From contig CAVPXP010000021.1 of the NCBI GenBank assembly GCA_963709645.1, positions 88,445-152,444 of the forward strand: a stretch of 64,000 bases of DNA, given 5' to 3'. Positions 10,928 to 20,999 of this stretch are shown here, one piece after another. The stretch is from an uncultured Gammaproteobacteria bacterium. Its GTDB lineage: Bacteria; Pseudomonadota; Gammaproteobacteria; Chromatiales; Chromatiaceae. The notes beneath the pieces were generated by a model, which worked only from the letters and a program-made list of their open reading frames with translations, ran no database searches and had not been told where the DNA came from. How positions within the stretch are numbered: the first letter of the stretch is position 1; each line of letters starts with the position of its first letter. Made by a program: the position numbers and the translations under genes.

Positions 10928-11875
10928 TCAGGACATGAGCTTGCCCAGCGATACCAGGCCCAGGACCAGGGTCAGGATACCAACCCCGGCACGCAGCCAA
11001 GTCTCCGGGAGGCGGCGTACCGTCACCGTGGCCCAGGGGACCGAGAGCAGGGCGCCCGCGGCCAGGGGCAGGGTCAGACCCCAGTCCGGGGCGCCCTTCA
11101 CGGCAAGGTAGGCGCCGAATCCCACCAGGCAGGTCAGGGCCTCGGCCAGGGACGTGATCGCCACGGCATGGCGCGCGGGGACCCCGGAGACGACCTGCCC
11201 GGCGGTCACCAGGGGACCGTAGCCCCCGCCGCTCAGGCCCTTGTTGAAGGCCGCGACCAAGCCGACGGCGACGATGCCACCGGCGCGGTAGCGGAAGCGC
11301 CGGCGCGCCGTGACCAGGGTCAGGGCACCCATGGCCAGGACGATGGCGACGATGACGTAGCCGAACCAGGGACCGCTGAGCCGTACCGCGAGGAGTACCG
11401 CGGCCAAGGCGCCGACTCCGCTCAGCGCGCTCAGCAGAACGAGCGTGCGGCGGGCACGGGCGTCCCCCAGCAGGTCCACGTTGCCGTCGCGGTGGTGCAG
11501 CAGGCCGGCGGCCAGGCCGGTGAGCAGCTCCGAGAACAGTACCGCCGGGACGATGCTCATCGGCGCAAAGCCCGCGATCAGAAGGAGCGGGGTCAGGGTG
11601 GTGCCGTAGCCCATGCCCAGGCTGGAGTCCATGTACTCGCAGACGAAGGCCGCGAGCAGCACGGCCGCCAAGGCGGTCGTCGAGAGCGCCGAGGACACCC
11701 CACCCGGCCCGCCAACGGGCGCGGCCAACCACAGCCCCTGGCTGAGCACGACGATCAGAGCCAGGGTAAGGAATGCCAGCCATAGATACAGGCGGCGGCG
11801 GTGCGAGGCATAGAAGCTGGCGGCGGCGAGCGTGGCGGAGCGGACCATGGGGACGGTTCCTCGGTAACGGGGCAT
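10928..11875 (-). CDS. TauE/SafE (TSUP) family anion exporter
   Basis: Polytopic membrane ORF with two TSUP-type half repeats: EYMDSSLGMGYGTTLTPLL and FNKGLSGGGYGPLVT. The start is uncertain (ATG 11875 or 11848; the track ORF begins at 11947). Confidence 0.75.
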   Translation of the reverse strand: MPRYRGTVPMVRSATLAAASFYASHRRRLYLWLAFLTLALIVVLSQGLWLAAPVGGPGGVSSALSTTALAAVLLAAFVCEYMDSSLGMGYGTTLTPLLLIAGFAPMSIVPAVLFSELLTGLAAGLLHHRDGNVDLLGDARARRTLVLLSALSGVGALAAVLLAVRLSGPWFGYVIVAIVLAMGALTLVTARRRFRYRAGGIVAVGLVAAFNKGLSGGGYGPLVTAGQVVSGVPARHAVAITSLAEALTCLVGFGAYLAVKGAPDWGLTLPLAAGALLSVPWATVTVRRLPETWLRAGVGILTLVLGLVSLGKLMS

Positions 11876-11996
11876 CGCAACCTGTCGGCCCCAAGGGGCG
11901 GACGGGTGCTTCACCCTGCACCACACAGATTCCGTGCCAGCCAGCAACCTCTTGTTTTATCCCGTTGTTCGGTCGAGGGCGTGCTGCGTCTTGTTA

Positions 11997-12046
11997 GGAT
12001 TGCTATGATATTTAACGGGACAGCCGTTACATTACAACAGCAATCC
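11997..12046. promoter_or_regulatory. nested palindrome in the divergent TauE / sigma54-activator intergenic region (candidate operator or UAS)
   Basis: GGATTGCT (11997-12004) pairs with AGCAATCC (12039-12046). These enclose TAACGG (12013-12018) and CCGTTA (12024-12029). The patch is locally AT-rich and ends 18 nt before the ATG at 12064. Confidence 0.25.
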
Positions 12047-12063
12047 CGTATCATGACGTGGCT

Positions 12064-13752
<1,689 letters not shown>

Positions 13753-13801
13753 AGCGTGGTACTAGACTAATCTGCGAGTCAACCGAACAGGAGGGGGACG
13801 C

Positions 13802-14395
13802 ATGACGACCGCCAACGCCACCCGGGCCGAACCGCCGCCCGCCCTGGGTCCCAGCCGCCACCCGATCACCGTGGGCGAGTACTTCCGCATGGGCGAGGCG
13901 GGCGTTCTGGACGCGGACGCCCGCTGCGAGCTCATCGAGGGCGAGATCATCGACCTGCCGCCCATCGGGCCACCCCACGCCAGCAAGACCAACCGATTGG
14001 CCGCCCTGCTCGCCGACGCCGTCCGCGGCAAGGCCATTGTTTCGGCGCAGAACCCCGTCGTTTTGGGCGACCTGTCCGCCCCACAACCCGACCTCGCACT
14101 GCTTCGCTACCGCGACGACTACTACGCACAGGCCCATCCCGGACCCGCCGACATTTTGCTCCTGGTCGAGGTCGCGGACACCAGCCTGGCCCACGACCGC
14201 AACACCAAGCTGCCCCTCTATGCCAGGTTTCAGGTCCCCGAGGTCTGGATCATCGACATCCCCGGGCGCCACATGGACGTTCATCGGGAACCCGACGGGG
14301 CGCGCTACACCCATCAGTTCCGGGCATCCGACCTGTCCCGGATCGAGCTCGCCGCTCTGCCGGGCCTGGTGCTCGATCTGCGGGGCCTGTTCTGA
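13802..14395 (+). CDS. Uma2 family (DUF820) putative endonuclease
   Basis: 197-aa ORF with the family pattern ELIEGEII...PDLALL...ADILLLVEV (D...EVxD-type nuclease core) ...KLPLYARFQVPEVWIID. Confidence 0.75.
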   Translation: MTTANATRAEPPPALGPSRHPITVGEYFRMGEAGVLDADARCELIEGEIIDLPPIGPPHASKTNRLAALLADAVRGKAIVSAQNPVVLGDLSAPQPDLALLRYRDDYYAQAHPGPADILLLVEVADTSLAHDRNTKLPLYARFQVPEVWIIDIPGRHMDVHREPDGARYTHQFRASDLSRIELAALPGLVLDLRGLF

Positions 14396-14975
14396 TGCAC
14401 GATCAACGGGCGGGCAGGGGCTGTGGTTCAGGCGGGCGCTGGCACTCGGGGAGTGCAGGAAAATGCGGGATTGCGTGATTGCGTGACTTGACCACGCAGC
14501 CTTTGAGCCTTTGAGACTCGACTCCGCAGCCTTTGCCTTGACCCCGCAGCCTTGTGCGCCCTATGGGCTGCTCGGACCCTGGACTGGACTGGTGCTCTGG
14601 ACTGGTGGACGCTTTCGCCGGATCCGACAACCAGCAATCAGCCACTTGCAGGCGCTTCGGCCTGGGAAACCGCCGCAAATTGGGCCAAGGAGGGGTCGAA
14701 TAGCGGGTGTCGCGCTAGCTGCGTCTGACCCACGAACGGGGGAGCATGCAACCGGCAGCTCGTTAGCAAGAATAGCGGCATCCCCGATGGCCGCCCCCGG
14801 CTCGAATCCCATGCCAAGAGGGCGGCGGTAACATCAGCCCTTACCCAACGCGTCCAACCCGGTTTGGGCCCCGATCGAGCCATGCCTTTGACAGCAGGTA
14901 CAATGGGTGCGGTCTTTCGTCAAGAGTGGATGACTTTCCTGTCTATCCACCGCGGATACGCAAGGGGGCCTGAAA

Positions 14976-16055
14976 ATGTTCCGATCCCGCCGCCGTGGGG
15001 AATTTCCAGCGATTGTCTGCACAATCCTGTTTGCGGCCGCCTTCGCGGTCGCCGCGGCGGATTCGCCGACCGAAACTCCGAAGAAAGAGCTGATATTCCT
15101 GAATTGGTCGGAGTACATGGATCCGGGTCTGCTTGAGGAGTTCGAAAAGCGATTCAACGTCAAGGTGACCGAGGTCTACTTCGAGTCCGACGAAACCCGC
15201 GACGACATGCTGGTGGAGACCGACGGAAGGGGCTACGACGTCATCCTGGCCAGCGGCATCACCCTGCGCCCCTACGTGAAGCGCGGTTGGCTGGCTCCGC
15301 TGGGGGCTTCCGAGGTGCCTAACCTCAAGCATGTAGACGCCCGCTGGCTCGACGTCTTCCCGGAGTCGCGGGGTTTCGCGGTGCCGTTTTTTTGGGGTAC
15401 CACCGGGATCGGTTATCGCAAGGACCTGGTGCAGGGCGAGATCACGAGCTGGATGCAGCTCTATCGGCCCGACGAGTACCTGCGCGGGAAGATCTTCATG
15501 AACAAGTACTCGCGCGACGTCGTAGGCATGGCCCTCAAGGCCCTCGGATTTTCTGCCAACAGCACGGACAGCAGTGAGCTGGCGGCCGCCGAGGCCCTGG
15601 TGCTCGAGCAGAAGCCCTACGTCAAAGACTATTTCTACCCAGCCCTGAACGCCGAATCCGCACTGGTGACGGGAAAGGTCTACGCTGCCATGATGTTCAA
15701 CGGCGATGTCCTCATGGTTCAGGAGCATCATCCAGAAATTACCTACGCGCTCCCCAAGGAAGGGGGCAATATCTGGGTTGACTACCTGGCGGTCGGCCAA
15801 GCGTCGACGAAGAAGGATCTGGCCTACCAGTTCATCAACTTCCTCAACGAGCCCGAGATTGCCGCACGGCTCGCCCAGTTCGTCTACTTCGCCACCCCCA
15901 ACAAAGCCGCCGAGGCCCTGCTCCCCCGGAAGTTCCTCGACGACCCGGTGATATACCCCGATAAAGCCACGCTGCAACGTTCAGAGGTGTACGCGCACTT
16001 GCCTGCAAAGGCAGTCAGGCGGATCAACGGGATCTTCGCGCGCCTGTTGCAGTGA
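14976..16055 (+). CDS. periplasmic polyamine-type solute-binding protein (PotD/PotF/NspS-like)
   Basis: Signal peptide IVCTILFAAAFAVAAA. PotD-family pattern LIFLNWSEYMDP...FEKRFNVKV...YDVILASG...PFFWGTTGIGYRKD...NIWVDYLAV. Confidence 0.8.
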   Translation: MFRSRRRGEFPAIVCTILFAAAFAVAAADSPTETPKKELIFLNWSEYMDPGLLEEFEKRFNVKVTEVYFESDETRDDMLVETDGRGYDVILASGITLRPYVKRGWLAPLGASEVPNLKHVDARWLDVFPESRGFAVPFFWGTTGIGYRKDLVQGEITSWMQLYRPDEYLRGKIFMNKYSRDVVGMALKALGFSANSTDSSELAAAEALVLEQKPYVKDYFYPALNAESALVTGKVYAAMMFNGDVLMVQEHHPEITYALPKEGGNIWVDYLAVGQASTKKDLAYQFINFLNEPEIAARLAQFVYFATPNKAAEALLPRKFLDDPVIYPDKATLQRSEVYAHLPAKAVRRINGIFARLLQ

Positions 16056-16065
16056 GGTCGCACGA

Positions 16066-18667
16066 TTGAATCTCCGACCCAAGCTGCTCGTCCTCCTCGT
16101 CCCGCTCGTCGTGATTCCCCTACTCGGCGTGGGCGCGGCGGCCTACGTGCAGCTGCAACAGACGTCGGAGCGCAAGACCCTAGATCAGATGGCCTCGCTC
16201 CTGCGATCTGATCGCCCGCCAGACACAGTCGGTTCTGGCGACAGCGCGGGCCAACGTCCAATTGCTCTCCACCCAGAACCTGGTCCGCCAGTACCTGCTC
16301 GCCGAAGACGAGGAAGAGCGATACCAGGTGCTGCAATCGCCGCTGTTGCGTCAGCTCATCAGCTATCAGGAGGCCTACCCGGACTACTACGAAATCCGCA
16401 TCTTGCTGCCGGACGGCAATGAAGACCTTCGCTGGACGCGCCTACCCCTGCCCAACGCCACCGAGGAGGAGGGAGACAGCGCCTGGTTTCAGGCAGCACG
16501 GAGCGCCGCTGACGATATTTACAGCGCCTTTGCGCGCAACCCGGACACCGGCGATCCCGCCCTCGTCGTCTCGAAGCGGATACGGCTAAAGGATAGGAGC
16601 AGCGATCCCCTCAGCGCGCCCGTCAAGCTTCGCGGCTATCTCGTGGTGACCGTCGATCTGGGATTCCTCGCCCGTACGCTTCAGGATAGCGTCATCGGCC
16701 AGCGGGGTTTCCTCATGGTGACCGACGCCGAGGGCAAGGTCCTTCTCCATCCCGACCGCCCGGAGGCCAATGCGCTGCTCCAAATGGCGGACAGGGCACA
16801 GACCCACCCGTCAGCGCACCCGCACCCCGGCGATCACGAGACCTTACCGGCGCTGCTCTTTGGCGATCTGGCCCGTCACGCAGATACCGGCGACGCGCTT
16901 CGCGCCCAGCTTTCAGACCACCCGCTCTTGTTTCTCGGCAAGCGCCTGGACGGCAACCTGTACCTCTTCGCCGCACTTCCGGTCGCCGAACTGCTGGACG
17001 CGGGACGCCAGCTCGGCGCCCTGGTCGCGGTTGTCGTACTGGCAGCCGTGCTGATCGCCACGATGCTGCTTTTCTTCACCCTGGATCGCCTGCTGGTGAC
17101 GCCGGTTCAGCGGCTCGGCGACGCCTTCCGCGAGGTCGGTCGCGGCAACCTGGACGCCAAGATTCGGTCGGGACGCCGGGACGAGATCGGTGCGCTTGCC
17201 AACATGTTCGACGACATGAGCGAGAATCTGCGGGTCTCGGATGAGCGGATTCGTTACCTGGCCTACCACGACGCACTTACCGGGCTTCCCAACCGCATGA
17301 TGTTCCGGGAGTACCTGAACCATGCCCTTGCCGACGCGCGGCGCCGGCATCAGCTGCTGGTGCTGCTGTTCCTCGACCTGGACAATTTCAAGGACGTGAA
17401 CGACACCCTGGGGCATCAGGTGGGGGACGCATTGCTGCAAGTCGTTGCCGAGCGTTTGGAGCAATGCCTGCGTGGGGCCGACTACATCGCCCGGCTGGAC
17501 GCCACCCAGGCCGAAGGCGTGGTGGCGCGCCTGGGCGGGGATGAGTTCATCGTCATGCTGACCGACCTCAAGGATCCCTACGAGGCCACGGCGGTGGCGG
17601 ACCGCATCCTGACTTCGCTGGCCAGGCCGATCCCGATCGAAAACACCGATCTTTACGTCAGCGCTAGCATCGGCATCACCACATCCCCCGCGGACGGCGA
17701 TGACGTGGAAGGGCTGATCAAGAACGCCGACATCGCCATGTACCACGCCAAGCAACAGGGAAAGAACAACTACCAGTACTTTTCGGACAGGATGAACACG
17801 GCGGCCTTCCACCGCGTCGCAATGGAGAACAAGCTACGCAAGGCCCTGGACCAGGGTCAGTTCCTTCTCCACTATCAGCCCAAGTTCGACGTGCGGAGCA
17901 CGCGCCTGGTCGGGGTCGAAGCGTTGATCCGCTGGCGTGACCCCGAGACCGGGATCGTACTGCCCGACGCCTTCATACCCATCGCCGAAGAAACCGGCTT
18001 GATTACGGCCATCGGCGAATGGGTTCTACGAGAGGCTTGCCGGCAGACCAAGGCCTGGCAGGAGGCCGGGCTGGAGGTAGTGCCCGTGTCGGTTAATGCC
18101 TCCAGCATACAGGTGGCGCGCCAGGACTTCCCTGACCTCATCGCCAAGGCCCTGCGCGAATCCCGGCTCGACCCAAGATATCTCGAGATCGAGCTCACGG
18201 AGACATCCATCATGTCCGCCCTGGAACGCGGCGCGGAAACTCTCCGGGAGATCCGCGCCCTGGGGGTGAGTATCGCCCTCGACGACTTCGGGACTGGCTA
18301 CTCGTCGCTAAGCTATCTGCGGCATTTCCCCATCAATACCCTCAAGATCGACCGCAGCTTCATCGGCGAAATCGGCAAAGGGCCAGATGATACGCCCATC
18401 ATCTCGGCAATTATCGCCATGGCCCATGCCTTGAACTTGACCGTCGTGGCCGAGGGTGTGGAGACCGAGAACCAGACGCGCTATCTGGTATCCAAGAACT
18501 GCGACACCATGCAGGGCTTCCTGCTCGGCCCCCCGGTGCCCCCTGAGCAGATTCCCGCGCAACTTGTTCGCCGCGGAGCGCCCCCACTGGAACATCACCA
18601 ACAACGGGGTCACAAGCAACTACCGGGCGCGGCGGTCGACGATGCCGAATTGGAGTTTCCTGGCTAA
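16066..18667 (+). pseudogene. membrane sensor diguanylate cyclase/phosphodiesterase (periplasmic sensor-HAMP-GGDEF-EAL), one frameshift near 16203
   Basis: TTG start 10 nt after the binding-protein stop. N-terminal TM LLVLLVPLVVIPLLGVGAAAY. The frames join as LDQMASLL | DLIARQTQSVLATARANVQLLSTQNL. HAMP present; GGDEF intact (RLGGDEFIV); EAL intact (VGVEALIRW, DDFGTGYSSL). Confidence 0.85.
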
Positions 18668-19021
18668 CGGATATCGCTCCAATCGAAAGGGGCGAGGGTC
18701 AGTGCTTGACCTTATACCTGTGCGGGAATTGCTGACCAGCATAGAATGCGAGGTAAGCACTGCTATAGGTGTCCCTCGGTGCTGACCCCTACTCCGCTGC
18801 TCCCCCTCCTAGAGTAAAGGGGGCAGGTTCAATAGCCTCACAGAGCGCCGAAAGCGGTTCCGCCGCGCCCCTGGCAACTCGGTAGGGTATGCCGAGCGAG
18901 CGGATCGCACCATCCGCAAGCGGCTCGGTTCGTTCCTCGCCGCACCCTACGGGCGCGACCTTGACCCCTCAGCGTCGGAACGAGGCAACAGCAAAGACCA
19001 GTGGCAGCGGCGTCACTTGCT

Positions 19022-19360
19022 TCACGCCAAACCGACCACCACCGCAAGCAAGCGATTCAACTCGGCGAGTTCACGTTCCGAGAGGCGCCCGATGACGTTT
19101 CCCACCTTTGCGACGGGCAAGCTGAGGAGCTGGTTGATCTGCACCTGGGACCGCACCTTGAGTCCGTTTCTCTGTGCCGGCTCCAGGGTCAGGCGCAGCA
19201 GGGGAGCATCTTGCAGGTGGCTCGTCACCAGCATCACGATAGTCGACTGCGCATCTTGGTTCAGGACGTGGCCCTGAACCACCACTGCCGGCCTCGGCTC
19301 GCCGGCGTCGCCCGAGGCCGCCACCGTCACGATGTCGCCGCGCCGCACTAATCCGACCAA
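19022..19360 (-). CDS. MazF/PemK-family type II toxin
   Basis: RRGDIVTV...RPAVVVQ...IVMLVTS... pattern typical of PemK/MazF. The start is TTG 19360 or, more likely, GTG 19348 overlapping the antitoxin stop (TAGTG). Confidence 0.75.
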   Translation of the reverse strand: MVGLVRRGDIVTVAASGDAGEPRPAVVVQGHVLNQDAQSTIVMLVTSHLQDAPLLRLTLEPAQRNGLKVRSQVQINQLLSLPVAKVGNVIGRLSERELAELNRLLAVVVGLA

Positions 19361-19557
19361 TCCGCCGCTGCCTCGATGAACTGCAACGCATCTTGGTCTT
19401 CGGTACTCCCCTCAACCAGGCGCAACTGCCGCCGGATCTCCTCGCCGAACCCGGGACGACGCGTGTCGGGCACCCACAGGACGACCTGGCGCATGCCGCG
19501 GGCCTTGAGCCGGTCACGGTAAGCTCGATGGCGTTCCGGGTAGGTGTTGATGCTCAT
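19348..19557 (-). CDS. DUF3018-type antitoxin
   Basis: 69-aa ORF from ATG 19557: MSINTYPERHRAYRDRLKARGMRQVVLWVPDTRRPGF...FIEAAADWSD. Sits directly upstream of, and overlaps, the MazF-like gene. Confidence 0.7.
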   Translation of the reverse strand: MSINTYPERHRAYRDRLKARGMRQVVLWVPDTRRPGFGEEIRRQLRLVEGSTEDQDALQFIEAAADWSD

Positions 19558-19907
19558 GGCGATTCTCCAGCCTGTCGCATAGCGACAGTGTAGACCCGGG
19601 CCGCGACGCGCCGCAAACCCCCCTGCGCGAAGCGCGCCCACAGTTGGCGCAGTGGACCCCTTTCCGCCACTGGCGCTGGGCCCGAATGGAGCGTAAGCCC
19701 CATCCCGGAGCACCGTCAGGGGCAAATGCCAGGTTCGGGCGGACCGCAACCTCAAGAATCGGGGCTTGACCCTATCCCTTCATGCAAACCAGCGGTTCCA
19801 GTCCAAGGGGGCCGGGGCACACAGGCGCCGGGGCGAGCATAGCGGGCAGGTCTATTAACAGAGCATCGAGCACGATGTACGGGAACGGGTGCGTATTCCA
19901 CGGAATT

Positions 19908-19964
19908 TGGACACCCATTCCACGGCAACCTGGACACCCATTCCAGCGCAACCTGGACAGTCGG
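19908..19964 (+). repeat. 2.5 tandem copies of a 23-bp unit (iteron-like)
   Basis: TGGACACCCATTCCACGGCAACC (19908-19930), TGGACACCCATTCCAGCGCAACC (19931-19953), then TGGACAGTCGG. Three 11-12-bp units follow at 20016-20049: GTCAATTTTGC, GTCAATTTTGG, CTGCAGTTTTGG. Confidence 0.6.
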
Positions 19965-20195
19965 AGCGTAGCGACGCGCGGGGCGGATGGTGTTTACGCT
20001 GTGATGGGTGTCTCCGTCAATTTTGCGTCAATTTTGGCTGCAGTTTTGGCGGGGATTCCCCGGCGAGGTGGAGGGGATGCTCAAGTAGACGGTAAACCCG
20101 TACTAGCATCGCAGTGGCGACCGCACGGCGAACGTCGCGGCCACCTTTGCGGGCTGGAAAGGTCACAATATCCGTTCGTCCGGAGTGAAGCACCC

Positions 20196-20471
20196 ATGGC
20201 TACCTTGTCACTTTCCATTCCAGACTCCGCGCTGTCCGACCTGCGCCGCTCGCCGGAGGAACTCGGCCGCGAGCTGAAGCTTGCGGCAGCCATCCATTGG
20301 TGCGGGCGGGGCCTGATGTCGCAGGAACGCGCCGCGGATCTGGCCGGGATGAACCGCCGCGACTTCATTCGTGCCCTTGCCCGAGAAGGGGTCGACGTCT
20401 TCGTCCTCGACGACGACAGCCTCGCGCGGGAGCTTGACCACGACGAGGGCGGGCCTACGTCAGGACAATGA
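20196..20471 (+). CDS. UPF0175 family antitoxin
   Basis: 91 aa from ATG 20196: MATLSLSIPDSALSDLRRSPEELGRELKLAAAIHWCGRGLMSQERAADLAGMNRRDFIRALAREGVDVF. ATGA overlap with the downstream DUF3368 gene. Confidence 0.75.
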   Translation: MATLSLSIPDSALSDLRRSPEELGRELKLAAAIHWCGRGLMSQERAADLAGMNRRDFIRALAREGVDVFVLDDDSLARELDHDEGGPTSGQ

Positions 20472-20962
20472 ACGCCTCTGCCTCGCGCTTGGTCGTTAAT
20501 ACCTCGCCCTTGATCCACTTGGCCGAGGCCGGTCTTCTCCATTTGTTGAAGGAGGCGGCACCGGTCATCTGAATACCGGAGCCAGTTGCGCAAGAAATTT
20601 GCGCCTACGGAGACCAGGATCCGACCGCGCGGGCGCTGGCCGACAACGATTGGTTGGAGGTTCGACCGGTTCCGCCACTGTCTGCCCAAGTGCTGGCGTG
20701 GGACCTGGGTCCAGGAGAAAGCGCGGTCATCGAGGTGGCACGAACCGTTGTCGACAGTAGAGCCGTGATCGACGATCTGGCGGGACGCCGCTGCGCCGAG
20801 GCGCTAGGACTCGCCTTGCGTGGCACCGTCGGGCTGGTGCTCGCCGCCAGACAGGCCGGTTGCCTCCCGGCTGCCCGTCCGGTGTTGGAGCGCTTGCGCG
20901 ACAGCGGCATGTATCTGTCCGATGCGGTATTGCAACGGGCGCTCAGGTTTGTGGGGGAGTAA
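20468..20962 (+). pseudogene. DUF3368 (PIN-like) toxin gene interrupted by an in-frame TGA at 20570-20572
   Basis: ATG 20468 gives MNASASRLVVNTSPLIHLAEAGLLHLLKEAAPVI. Then TGA. The same frame continues IPEPVAQEICAYGDQDPTARALADNDWLEVRPV...GTVGLVLAARQAGCLPAARPVLERLRDSGMYLSD. 20654 minus 20468 is divisible by 3. Confidence 0.75.
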
Positions 20963-20999
20963 GCCGAGTCAGAGAATCCGGCGTTGCCCGGTTATGGAT

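Noticed and set aside
14441-14462. Possible sigma54 promoter (CTGGCAC...GTGCA)
   Set aside because: The spacing between the GG and GC dinucleotides is 12 rather than 10, and no suitably placed downstream gene exists.
14775-14815. tRNA-like T-arm sequence (GGCTCGAATCC)
   Set aside because: The flanking bases do not form the 5-bp T stem, and no acceptor or anticodon arms could be folded. At most it is a tRNA or att remnant.
19908-20049. CRISPR array
   Set aside because: There are only 2.5 directly abutting repeat units without spacers, and no cas genes. No other CRISPR-like periodicity was seen anywhere in the window.
20570-20572. In-frame TGA as selenocysteine or programmed read-through
   Set aside because: I saw no SECIS-like hairpin directly downstream, the family is not known to contain Sec, and the position is not a conserved Cys. 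Nonsense mutation is the simpler explanation.
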